DNA of 64,000 nucleotides from Styela clava (Eukaryota): NCBI RefSeq assembly GCF_964204865.1, contig NC_135259.1, positions 12,524,001 to 12,588,000 of the forward strand, read 5' to 3'. Shown piece by piece: positions 39,072 to 52,700 of this stretch (position 1 is its first letter; each line of letters starts with the position of its first letter). The notes under the pieces were generated by a model. It saw only the letters and a program-made list of their open reading frames with translations, ran no database searches and was not told where the DNA came from. The position numbers and the translations under genes were made by a program.

Positions 39072-40770
39072 CCCTAGAATATTAGCTATTCAAGCTGAAA
39101 TAATAGGCACTGAAAATATTGATTTCAGGCAACTGTTTTATCCCGTCTGTCTGTCCCGTACACTTGAGGTGTTAATTATAAATTATCGACTTCTCGGCAA
39201 ATCGGCCGTCAGCCGTTTTTCGTTGGTATCGGTATCACCGAAATGAGCGGTATCGGTACATGTCCAATACGTATAACTAAATATTCCAAAGATATATGAA
39301 AGGGGTTTTAAAAAATGAGTACTGTGGATTTATTTAATTGGAGATTTGCAATGTTCTTCAATGAAATTCTCAAATTACTAAGATGCAGAGGGAACTCAGA
39401 AAGGACGATGTGTGTTATTTTACCTGTGAGCACTTTTGTAACGGAGTGACGTCAAAGTACCGAACTGACTGTTCTCGTTGTCGGTACTTTCATTACCAGT
39501 AATTTTAGATAATAGAAAGCAAGATCATATGAGCAAAAAGGCGATGCTCAAATATATGGCTACGAAAGCCAAATCGACGCCAATCTTCACAGAGTGCGCA
39601 ATTTTTGATGACGTCATCGCACACACAAAAAATGAATCTCATAGAGCCCACAGAGATTTTTGATATAAATAAATATTAGCTTTTTAGCAAAAATTGCAAT
39701 CTTTAATCACTGAAAACTTCAAAGCAATTGTTCCAGTAGTTAATGAGAGAAGCGATTGTTTCATAACAATAAGAAGAAACAAGCCAACAAGAACAGCAAC
39801 AAAGACAACAATATTATAACCAAATGATTCCTATGTACATTTTGTGTCCAAAAAGCACTGCACCTTTACAAAAATCTGTATGTTTTGTCATGATGACGAC
39901 TCTGCTATGGATGAATTTGAAACCTTCATGCAGAAAGTAGTCAGAACTGTCAAACGAAAAAATTCTAATGACTACGCAGGAAGTCAGTACTGACAATGGG
40001 TTATTGAAATGTGATTACTACACGATTTCAACTTCCACTGCCGGTTTCAGCTTTTGGCGCCTCTGCCATATGTTACTCTACCATTGTGTCTACGATGAGT
40101 ACCAAAAAATAAACTGTCAAAATGATATTTAACCTCTCCATGAACAATAAAAATATTGCAACTATTCCCCGAGTCAAACCAGGTTTTCGGTTCAACAAAG
40201 AAACTTGTACATCGAAATGATCCGCACGCGTAGATTAAAACATTTAATGTTGTTAGGAAATGACATGGAAGAAAAAGTTTATCCAGAGATAATAGATGTT
40301 TTTGAACGAAACATTATGCGGAGTACAGTTTTATTATTCAGTTTGTGGGAACAATGTGTCCGGGAATGCGCAGTTCGGTTGGAATAGGAAACTGGAATAT
40401 AAATTGAAAATATAAGCTCTGAGCATTCCAAATCTTGAAAAACTATTTATTGGAAGTAGCCAAACAGTCAAAATGTCTATAATAACTGCGCTATTTATCA
40501 AATATTTGTTGCAATATCTAGCTCAATCCCACGCATCTCTAATATCTGAACCAGATTATAATACCCCGGATCAACTTATAACTTTAGGTCGGATTCTTTT
40601 TTTTTTGATGCGGAGTTACTTCTTTTTGGTAGCCCAAAACATTACTTCGTGGTGATAAATTTAAAACTTTAGCACGTCCGTATTGGATTGTTTGCATTGT
40701 TCGCACAATTAATCAAATGCTAACATACTTTAGTTCATCAGGATTGTAGTTGATACATAAGCTGCAGAAA

Positions 40771-42572
40771 ATGAATTACAAAATGAAGATTACACCTGTT
40801 TTGCTCCTTTGTTGCTTTATGGTAGCAAGTAAGTTGTATTTCATATTTTCTATTAAATTTCAATTGGAATAAATTCAACTTTTTTTAACGGCAATTGTTG
40901 TTATACCTTTTTATTGAAGTGCAATACAAATAAAACATTTCAGAAGCTCTACAGTTTGAAGAATTTGACTACAACGAAGATTTTGATGAAAATCTTTTGG
41001 ACTTTTTGGACAAAAAAAATATTGAAGCTGAGATCGACCGCGATTTTGACGATGATGCAGACTTGGAACAAGATCTTGAATCAAATTTAGAAGCCGAATT
41101 CGAACGTGACTTTGAGCCTGATTATGAAAGGGATCTAGAGGTTTGTACTATATAGCCACTAGGACAAGACAGCGACAACAATGCATGCTTTCACCTTAAA
41201 AATACCACATTGTGAAATTTGTAGAGTTGCCCCGAATTTACGTAGAATCTGCTGACATTATGTGGTTGTGCTTGTCCGTTAGTCTAACAGTCTAACTTCA
41301 CGTAAAAATATAAGCACATAATAAATAGTCAATGGCCATCTTATATTTGTGACCAATTTTTCCACTAAATTTGACTGTGCTTCCATGCAACCTTGCATGC
41401 AAATAAATTTTGCTTTCAAATATTTAAAATATTACTATATCAAACCTTCACTTTTTTATCTACGTTTGTTTTAGTCATGTCATACATATTGTTCCACCAA
41501 AGTTTTGATAGTGACTGCAGAACAAAATATTTTAGGACTGTAGAAAGTGTGCCTCTACGACTTTTCTAATCTTGCTCTTCTTTATTTCGAGAACTGATTT
41601 TTTAAATAAAAATCATTATAATTACCTAAATATAAAATTGTATTATTTTAATCCCATTGGTCACACGTTATCTTCTTTCTAGAAATCAAAATCGAAGAAC
41701 TTTTGTGAAGAGTATAAATTATGTGAGAAAGAAGGAGGCGAGTTCAAAATTGGATGTGCAAAGTTTAGGCAGGATTATGTACACAACAATGTATTCCCTA
41801 ATGTCTGGCGTAAGTTAATTGCAAATTTAAATTAAAAATTGTCTGCATCCGACTGCAGCTTATCGAAAGTTTATTGCGAGATCATATTTTTGCCTGCGAT
41901 CACAACGATCGGTGAATATGAGGAGCTCCTTAGATATATCATTGAACAGTACAGTTTCACCCAAATGAAATACATATATATATCTACTAGGAGAGGCAAA
42001 TTTCGAAAGGCCACACCTAACACTATTCTAATAACTCAAAGTTATAATAAACAACAACAGTTTAGCCAAATGAGCTTGGCTGTATATCCTCTATGTGTTT
42101 GAACTCATTTGAGCTCCCCCCCCCCCCCCCCCCCCCCCCCCCGCCCCTCCAAAAAATACTCAAAAATTAAAACTACAACTACAAAATTTCATTTTTAAAA
42201 ATGTTGAGCACATTACAGTCAATTCTTTTCAAGTCTTCTTTAATCAGTCCAATTGCAAATCAAATCCTAGTTTGTCGTTTTGCTTCTCATCAGTTTTTTT
42301 TTATTATTTGTTTAAATTTTTGAAAGAATTAAAGTATTAATAACTTTTCTACGTTCTAACGTCGTGAAATATCTGAAAATAATTAAAAACAATATTTGAG
42401 AATGATATACTATGTATCGGTAGATAACTATTGTCGACCCTCTGGTCATTGAACTATGTATATGGACTAGAGTTATGAAATTTACACATTTTTTTGTACA
42501 GGGAAAAAAGCTGGAAAATTGTGCGTCAAGTGTCAAGAGAATTGCAAAGGAAACTCAGGAAAACATCCGTGA
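40771..42572 (+). CDS. Secreted prepropeptide A: acidic pro-region plus cationic 6-Cys domain (exons 40771/40783-40828, 40944-41140, 41683-41809, 42502-42572; 146-150 aa)
   Basis: Signal MKITPVLLLCCFMVAKA; D/E-rich exon ending DLE; mature KSKSKNFCEEYKLCEKEGGEFKIGCAKFRQDYVHNNVFPNVWRKKAGKLCVKCQENCKGNSGKHP; model supported by a paralog with identical intron phases 1,0,1. Confidence 0.88.
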
Positions 42573-45500
42573 AACAGATTTGGTAAAGAATTTACGACCA
42601 TGTGTATAACAGAAAGAGAAAGAAAAAATATAAATAGATTTAAAATTTGATTCTTTTTTTTTTCGAGTTCTCATTTCAACCCAAAAACTGATCAATGAAA
42701 CTATGTGTTTTTTTTTTGTAATGAATAAAAAAATGCTAACTTTATCAAAAACAACAAGCCAATTTGAATTAATTTACTAGCAACGTGCAATCGAGATTTT
42801 GCTCATCATCAACATGGTATCATTCACAAACAAGATGTCTTCCAAAGTATTAATTAAAAAACTAGAACAATATTTGCCATCCTTGATTGTTACAACATTC
42901 AACATTGACATTTTCACCACATCTTATTCCGTTTTTAAAAAATCACGTAAACTGAGAAGTTGATCTATAGTTGCTTTCATAAATCTGTAATTAGCCGTTT
43001 TCGGTAGTGAATGTTTAATTTTTTTTATAATTCTGAGTAATGCTTTCATTCAATGTGCAAAGTCATTGATGTTTTGATGTAACTTATTCTATTGATTATT
43101 TTTTTATCAGTATAATAATAGACGTAATTTATGGATATTTGGAATAACCGTGGTATTGTCCCAAAAGTTATTTTCTTGAATTCCATCATGCAATGAAAAA
43201 ATACAATGTAATTCTAATACTCAGAATACTAACTCTTCCCAATTTATTTTCTGCTAACTTTCGTGACTTTACGATTTAACGTGTTAATATATGCACAAGA
43301 ATAAATTTGTGATCATAGTAAAGTTCGAAACGAATGCATTGAATGGTTATATCTGCTGTAGGTGTGAAGTATACCGCACATCTTTCAAAAGGCATGCGGG
43401 GCGCAATAATTTCCTTCTTCAAACAATTGCCGCATTAAGGCGCAATCGCAACTCGTATTACTGTGTCAAACGCTTGTGACAGTGAAACGTGTATGTGGCA
43501 ATGTTTTCATTCTCCAACCTCACTTTAGTGTTGCCTGTCTTTGTTTTATCGTTCTTAGTAAGTTAGAAATTTGGTTACATCACATATACTTGCGTTAAAG
43601 TTCAAAGTGTATTTCGTTATCTGTTATTTGAATCAATCCGATTGTGCAACCTTATAATATAAGAGTATTCGGCGTCAAAATTTATAGTGCGCTTATATTA
43701 TCCTCCGAAGGATTCAGTGGGGACTTCGCTAAAGTATGTTTAATAATAGTACTGAGGGAAGAATACGCAAATAAGGACATTCTTTCCCTATATTTTATAA
43801 AAAAAAAAAAAAGAGCTTGCTGACTTTTTATATTTGGGAAATCTAAGATATATGGGTAAAAATGATAATGCAAAACCACTGAGTTTTGTACGACTGAGCA
43901 ATGTATACAGAACTATCGTAATTGGTGATACATATTGTTGAAAAAAAAGAGTGTGGGAAAATCCAATACAACTTCACAAGGACGTCTCCGCGTGAAATGC
44001 CTTGAATTTCACGCCACAAAATGTCAAATAATACGTTAGATGAATAAATTTGAAGAAGCGGTTCCAGAATGTTCACACATATTGATTTGAAGCTCGAAGC
44101 TCTTAAAACTGTCAACTGACTACAATCTTCGGAACTTCTTGCATCCGTCGCGTTGAAATATACCATTGCTTAGCATTGTTGAATTTAGGAAGAGTTCGCA
44201 CACGAGCGAGTTCAACAATTGGCCAAATAACTTACTACTATAATTCTTTTGCGCCAACAAACTGATTCTACTTAGCAATAGCATAGACCATATGTCGGCA
44301 ATAAGCGAGTGCAATTCCCGCATCACGTCGTTAAGCGTAATGATTGATTTCGACATTGATGTAGGATCACGAGTATTTGACTTAATTTTCCAATGATACT
44401 GCAATGAATGACTGTGTCGCCTTGAGTAAATAAAGTGGATATTTTATAAACTTTCGTCTAACAATAGTTGATAATTGATATAAATGCTGCTACTTGGTGT
44501 GAGAAATCGGCTTGCTTATATCATCTGCTCGCCCCAAATGATATGGTATAACTTCAATCTTATTTCCCGCGTAGCTGGTCTCCTGTTGCCAGGACAATTA
44601 CAAAAATTATTGTCGGAAAACACATTTGAAAATCAAGCAATGATATGAAGTTGTCCTGTTATTTCGAATTTCTATGAAGTTGACAAATTCAAAAAATTTG
44701 GGCGTTGATTCTTGAGAATAAAAGTATATATACGCGAATAGTTGAATTTGGGCGTTGAGTTGATTTAGTCATGTTGTTAGTCTGATTGTAGGATGTCCAG
44801 GTCCAAATACCTTGTTTTGTGTCTAAATTCTGCCACGTTCGGGTTTTCTGACTATTAAATTGACATACCGCCAGGAATAGGCGAAATTCAAGTTATTGGC
44901 TTATTATCATTGTTGATGACGATACGAGCCAAAGCGGAAATTTTGCATAATACAAAGAACACTTTATGCTGGTAAAAATTTGAAAGTGGGTTGCTCAGAA
45001 AGTTAAAACGGTGAAAAAAAAAACTCATATTTTTCGTGTCATTAGTGTTTAAAATTTGCTTTATGGAATCTTGTTCAGAACTGTCAAAAGAAGCAAAATA
45101 TAATAATAATTATACAGGAAGTTGGTATCGATAATGGGGTAATGTAAAATGATTTACCACACGGTTTCGAGTTCCTCTTCCGCTTTAGGCGTTAATTGCT
45201 TTTTTGTATCCGATACGAGTCATTATAGAGTTATAAATTACAAAAATATAAATTATAATTGTTTCAATCTGACAAAAAAGTTAGTATAAATGCATGATCG
45301 CCATGTGTATATGAGCATGACAATTATGGTTTTGGCATGAGAGCACGGCTCAAGTTTTCAGTTCAAGTTATGTGCTAGAACTCCATTTTTAAACGGAATG
45401 AGCGTTTATACTAGAATTTTTGCGTAGAGTTACGTTTATAGTCCAAACCCCGTTTGCACCCAAAAATACAGGTATTGAGCTAACTTTATAAAGTTTATTC

Positions 45501-45853
45501 GAAACGAATAAAGAGTCCAAACTATTCAATAGCTTTATTATTGTTGCATGATTTTCAGACATTTTTTTCAAGTCCTTTGTTAGCAATGATTCTCTACAAG
45601 ATGTTTGGTTGCTTATTCAAAACTCATATTCATTATGAATCTAAAACGGCAATCATGTTTAAAATTCTAAGTCGAGCTTGTTATTTTCATGCAAAATTCT
45701 CCTTGCATTGTAAGCTATTTTTAGTATTTAACTTGAATGTAATCGTTTTTTTTTTCACTTTTGTATATAATTCAATAGAGCCCCTGATTAAATAATTTAA
45801 TTTTTCAATAATTGTATTCCTCTATATACATACTGTTGAAGTTGACTAACGAA

Positions 45854-47192
45854 ATGAAGATTACTCTTCTTCTCATTTGTTGTTTTATTTGCGTGGGTAA
45901 GTTCATATTTTAACTTTGCTAAAAATTAAATTAGTAAAAAAATTATTCATGGAAATATTAAATCCACTATGTTATTAACTTAGCATTCAAACACAATGTT
46001 AATGAATGTAAATATCTTAGGAACTCAACCTTTTGAGGACGATGACTACAGTGAAGATTCAGATAAAAAATCTGAGAAAGAATACGTTCGAGACTTCCTG
46101 GACGAAATGAATGTTGAAGAAATTGTACCGGATCTTGTGAGTTTCAAAGCCAAATATGAGAGGGCTTTTGAACCAGACGATGAAATGGATTTGGAGGTTG
46201 GTACAACTCAATATGAGTCTACTTATGTTTTCTATAAACTCACGTTTTCATGATCTGATGATCTGGTTTAAAAGTGATTTAATTTTTGCGTTAACCAGTA
46301 TCATTCAGTGTAGCTATAGTAGCTATATGGAAAAAAACAAATGATATAAAATATTTGGAACTAATGAATTCTTTCAACTAGTGAATAAAGAAAATGAATT
46401 TTACAACTATATACCATCTTGTGGGATTATGTCCATACATAGGGCGCACAGGCCTATAAGACTCAACGTTTTTTAATGGTTATCGAGTTACCGTACAAAG
46501 CTCATTCAATAAAAAGCTCAGTGGTTATTGTATTTTATTCGAAAAAAGCGAAAAATGGCCGTTTTTTATAAAATAGTAGTACCGGTACTAGTTTCGAGTG
46601 CAGACAATAATACTCAAAGCACTACCTGATCCATACTTTAGGCGCACCGGCTTGTAAGGTTTCGGGGGAGAAAATTTAGAGAAAAGTGTGTTTTATGGTC
46701 TTTAAAATACTGACTCGTCTAATTCTAACACTTCATTTTTTCAGAAATATTCTTCACAATCCTCGTTTTGTGATGTATTTAATTTATGTGAGAGGGATTT
46801 GAATGGATTCACAGTTACATGTGCAGAATTTGGAAATGTTTACAAGCGTGATCCAATTTTGTTCTCTACTATCTGGAGTAAGTTGGAAAAAAATTCTAAC
46901 TAAAATTATATCAACAAAGGTTATAAAAAAATTGAAATTGATGGTGGTAACCATAATCTTCGTCTTTTTGAATAGTAGAAAGAAAAGCTTTTGAATTCTG
47001 TCAATGCTAGGAGTAAAAATTAAAAAATTGGTTCCTTTTTTGGTTCCTTTTTTGGTTCCATTTTTGACTTTTCCTACAGAAAAGGTAGCTGTAAAGTTGT
47101 GCGGCAAGTGTCAAAAATATTGCGAGGAACGAAGAAAACTTGCTATATCAAGAAATGAACAACAGCATAAATTTTTTCCCGGCGACGTGTGA
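45854..47192 (+). CDS. Secreted prepropeptide B, paralog of A (exons 45854-45896, 46021-46196, 46745-46877, 47080-47192; 154 aa)
   Basis: Signal MKITLLLICCFICVG; acidic exon ending FEPDDEMDLE; mature KYSSQSSFCDVFNLCERDLNGFTVTCAEFGNVYKRDPILFSTIWKKVAVKLCGKCQKYCEERRK...; AATAAA at ~47237. Confidence 0.88.
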
Positions 47193-49762
47193 TCAATCTT
47201 CGTTTGGAATTGGGGATTCATTTATGGGGAAAATACAATAAAAAGAATTTACAATATCAAAATATTACCCAAGTTTTATTCATTTTAATAAATAACTAGC
47301 AATGCGTGAAAAAATGAACATTATAGTCTTTCATCAACAAAAGATTATGACTATTTTTCCATTAAATATTTTCCTTTCCGAATTTTTAATGATTCCACCC
47401 ATAGGCACGAAAAGGACTTGAGATTTTTCAAATAATTTATGACCATAAAATGAAAAGAGAAAAAGCAAGTAAAATGAAATATTTAATTTCAATTTGTTTA
47501 CTTTTTATTTTTACTGTCCTGTGTGAAATGTAATTTGCACTTTCTCAATTTGTGAAAAGCTTCTCATTTGCTACACTATTTTATTTAAACAAGAATAAAT
47601 TTGTAGACACAGAATATAATAATATTATGGATCGAACATTCGGGTTCATTGTAGGTTCGAGACAGCTCAGGGTTAGCAGTTATGGACTTGAACCAAAAAA
47701 ATTAAAATGAAAATTTAAGTTAAATTTTCATGCAAACAAAAGAGCAATGCTCAATATATAGAAACAAAAGTAAGACCATACCTTAGTAGCTGAGTTTGCT
47801 GAAAAGATTGCTCTCATAAAAATGGCATTTTAGGGGGTTCTTCCAGCTAGTATTGTACCGAAGTATGGACCGATTGCCGCCTATATATTAGTTGTGAGAA
47901 AAATCGTGTTTTTCCAAGGCCAACGAAGATTTAGCAAAAAGATTCATAGCTCCATTTCGTGTTCATTTTGCACGCAGGTTCTGATGAAAAATTAATCGTT
48001 TTATTATTCAATTTTATTCAAACACAGAATTAGATCAAAAACTGAAATTTTCGAAGGAATTAAAAGTAGCGCGTCATTTTTGATCTTATATAAGATTTGT
48101 TTCATTAAAAGGTGACAGAGAATGTTGTTTATAAAAAACTCCTTTTTATAATAGGTCATATGGTCTTATCGAGCTGTAAACGAGTGGATCTCAAATCGCT
48201 TGCTTAGTCGCTAAGTTTGCTCAAAATAATATGCTCATTCGGTTAAAATTAGCATTGATATAGAAGTAAGACTGCTTGTGTGAAAGTTTTATATAGCATT
48301 AATATGAAAATTTTTGATTTTGTATTAAATCATTTATGATAAAAATAATTATTGATCGAGAATAACCAGCAATCAATATTTATTTATTTCTATAACTAAC
48401 AGTCACAATCATGTATTTCTGGCTGGGAAGCAGTACCATGTTAAACACAACTATCTTTTCACATTACCAGTAAGAATTGAATTTATGTAGGCATATTTTA
48501 TGGCATTGTCATAAGACTGAGTTTGTAGAATATAGGCAGCGATTATGATTTACTTGGCGCTAGTGACATAATATGACGAATATCAAATCAAGTCACTCAA
48601 TATGTAAAACCAAACCTGTGAATCATATCATCATAATGCTCAGTTTATTTGGATTGATGAAACGTTGCGATTTCAGAAAAAAGAATCATACCTACTTGCA
48701 TGCGTGTACGTGCATACCAGTCAACCTGTTTTTTTTTTTAATATTGTCTTATTCTCTCAAGGAAGCAATCAATATTTGTTATTCCACTACCTTATATTTA
48801 AGAATATGACTCACTATAAGGTCGTTTCTTGCACATATATCTCATGACCATACAATGACGCGTGGGCACACCTTTCTAATCGAGTAATGGTGTATAAGTT
48901 TATGCCTAATAGATGCGAACAAATGATCAAACCAAACTGGGTCCATAGATAACAGTTTTTATAAGTAGATAGCCGTGTCTGGTCTAGGAAAATTTATCAG
49001 TATGGTGTGTAGGTATCTAATAACTCTTTTTATTTTAGGAAGGCTACCAAGAAATTAATCTGTGACGAAAACAATGAATTATACGAATTGTCTAAGTTAT
49101 GGTTGTACTAGATAATCGCTTTGTATGACATGGAAAAGATTTTATTAATTCTCTAAATTACGATTATGAATGTATTGTCTATTCTTCATAGTGACAGGTT
49201 GTTAATATTTGGCTGCACACAATTCGAAAATGTTTTATTTTTGTTGTGCTGTCTTCAATTGTCGGAAAACTATAAAAATATCATGACTGAAGGTAGTAGT
49301 TGAAGATTGAACGAATGTACAGCCTGTACCTAACTGCAGACAGGCAATTGCTTACTCTTGTCTGCCTCATAATTTCGATTCAGTAGGATTTTCTTAGAGT
49401 TGGATTCAATATTGCGTTTCTATTGACCCAGGAGAAAATTTCACCTCTCGTTCAAAGTTAATTGAAGCTATTATGTTTTCGATCCTTGTTATTTTTCTGA
49501 TACTGTTCCAGATTCAAGCCATCGCTTTCATTACATACCAATAAACAGGTCAGAAAAAAACTGCATTTTGTCGAGTTGAGATATGGTTCGCAATCCCCTT
49601 CACTTGAATCTACCCAGCAAATACAGCTTGAGTAATGAATGGCCTATGATGAAAATTTACGATCTTCCCGGATAACCCTTGTTACTATTTTTCTGCTTCT
49701 AAGTTAACGTCTCATAAACTTTCTATAAAAACAGTCAGTTATTTGAATTTATAATATTTGCT

Positions 49763-52700
49763 ATGTCTTCTAAAAATACAACTGAGCCATCAACAGAGGC
49801 AAAGACTGAAAGAAACACCAAGTTGAAAATAATTAGAGTTCCATCACTAAAATTAATGTTGTACCGTCATGACATACTTGCTTGGTTATTGGGAATGTTA
49901 TTTTTAACTTGTATGATGGCGGCAATGATGGTGGCAGGTAAGACGTTAAATAATAAAATAGATAGCTTTGCTTGACCCGCATAAGTTACAAAAATGGAAT
50001 ATATAATTTTGATAAGTTTTTTTTACCTTGGATCGTGAAATATTGTTACGAAAAAAAACATTTTTAGTAATTTTGTAAAAATATTCATCGTTTATTTTAT
50101 GTCTTCGTTCAGGGATTATTCAGATTTCTAAAGTTGTTTTTTATCCTCAATTCAAGTATACCTAAATAAAGTAATGATCTCTCTTTACTGCCAAAATAGC
50201 TGTTTGACAAATTGAACAGCGATTTCAACTTTTTAGTGTAGACGTTTTCATCTTCATCAATATCTTAGTTATAACTAACTGACTTTTTGAGAGCCCTACA
50301 TTAAAACACACTATTTATGTTCTAATGACAATTTAAATGATTTGAAAGATGAACATGAGTATAAACGTGTAAAAGATTTTTGTTTCACATTTCAATTTAT
50401 GAAAAATTTGAAAAACGGGTCAGTTGAATGCATTTAATCCAGCTATAGTTCCATTCTCTAAAACATAAAACCTAATTTTGTTACATGAAGGAAGTAAGGC
50501 GGGTTGGAATGCAACATCTGGATACAAACATTACAATTCTTCATCAAGTTTACGCCTAATGCCAGAACCAGAATATTGCAACGAAACAAACATAAAAGGT
50601 ATTTGTAATACGTTCACGTATTCACAAATAAAAATTATACAGCTTTTCAACCGGATCTGGGATAAAAAAAAAAACTTTATTTAACCGATTTTTGAATAAA
50701 AAAATTTGCTTATAATGTGTACGTCTATTATTGAATTTGATGATATCGATTTTAAGTAATTTTCTTCTAACATGTCAGTTGTTTTAAATTTCATGTTAAC
50801 TTGGATCTTTGTACTTAGTATAATGGGGGGTAAAGCATTTGTCTAATTGACAGACGAATTTAAAATGACCCAGAAAAATGCCATATTTTAATTATACGTG
50901 GGGAATCGGCTTTCGAGATGCTAAATACCATCTTGTTCGAATATATTTTAAGCGAATGTTGGAAAGTATTGAGAGTAATAGTAAACGATTTTTGCAGAAT
51001 TTCATTGTACTTTCCTACTGACAGTTTCGCCCAATTTTTCTAGGTCGCCATGGAAACGGTTGTACTGGTAGATGGTACTATTGGAAACTTCCGTTAGACA
51101 AAATAACTCCCCTCAGTACAGCTATCATATGGTTGTGTTATTCTGCTCATCAAATTTCATTATGGATCACGATATTTCTAGCACAAAGTAATAAAATGAA
51201 GGTGAGTTTTAATGCAAAATTTAAATAGCATAAATACAATTTTGGTGAATATTGAACGTATGCATATCGTCACGCTAATGACCGAATTGCGTAAATCATT
51301 TTTGGCGATTTTGAGTTTTTTATAAAATAGGTATTTATGTAATGCTGCGCAACTGTCTGTTAATTCAGATTTTATTTTAAGAATTTCGAAACCCATAAAA
51401 ATGGAGATTTAGTATGACATGCACATGTGTGCAATTGTTTCGTCATAATGAATTATCATTGTTACTGTTGTGACGTCACATAGGCAAAATAACCTCGGCG
51501 AAGTATTTTCGAGTTTTTGCATCTCGGATTCTAGCTTAGCGCGTATTAATTTGAATTTATACTAGAGTATAGGAAGACGTGCACTTGTGATATTCACTGT
51601 CCGAGTCCAATTCACCTTGGTTGGCTTTTATATTGGGTGCATTGCTGTTTTATTCTTTATATTTGATCTTAGTCTTATTTCGGTGGGTGTGCAGAACGTG
51701 TAATATTGATGATATATATATTTTTGAACATAAAAAATATTGGGTGCTCCCGAAGTATGCGAACCAAGATGGCGGACATCGGAACGTAACATGGGTAACA
51801 GGTTAGGGTTAGGCGATAGTTTTTTTTCCAATTTCCTTATTTTATTCCTATTATCAGTTCGGAGACTAGCCAAGAGCCTCCCGTAGTATTTATACCTAAA
51901 ATTATGGCCTAACCCTAACCTAGTACACATATTACATTCCGATGTCCGCCATCTTGGTTCGCATACTTCGGGAGCCCCAAATATTGTAATTGAAACTGAT
52001 TAGCTATTTTGAGGATTAGACATTGTTCGGTTATTAGCGTGACGATATGTTAGAGGGTTTTAGAGATTCTTAATCTCTTGGTATACATCATCGAATACCT
52101 CGCCTAAAATTTCACCCTTCCCCTTCAAATATTGAGCTGTAAAATCACAATTTAGATTCATAACTAGACGATAATTGTATTCGAATATCGAGAAAGTGGC
52201 GCATATGCTAAATGCTGATAGTCAGCCAAATACATAACAGATTTTCATGGGTTACAAAATTTTTTCCACCAATAGCAAAATATTTACCACCCAAAACACT
52301 CCCTAAAATAAAAATAACATACTGGTGTGTACTCAATAAGCAGATAAGAATCATTCCGCTTGAGTTTACACATTGGGTTCGAATGCAAGGGAACATATAT
52401 ACGCATATTATTTCGCAAAATAAAATCAAAAAATATATTTCACGTAACATATTGGAATCCTTATATTCAAGCTAAAAGAATCACTTCACCTCTACCAGTC
52501 GGCCAAATTGAAATGCTTGTAATTTTGTTTTTTTGAATTAGCAGAATTGTCGGGAAACGCAAAAGTTTGGAACAAAATTACACTGGTATAACTGGACTTT
52601 GCTGACAATCAACGCCTTGTTCTTTCTTATTCATCTTGGGCAAACACACTGGACTTATGACGGACTTGCACAAAACGTAGCATTGGGTATGTCTGGGGTC

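Noticed and set aside
41477-41570. Possible alternative Cys-containing exon in peptide A intron 2 (SCHTYCSTK...)
   Set aside because: Early stop codon and no counterpart in paralog B
43501-44500. Signal-peptide-like exon (MFSFSNLTLVLPVFVLSFL|gtaag) and two overlapping minus-strand ORFs
   Set aside because: No convincing in-frame downstream exons or recognisable motifs
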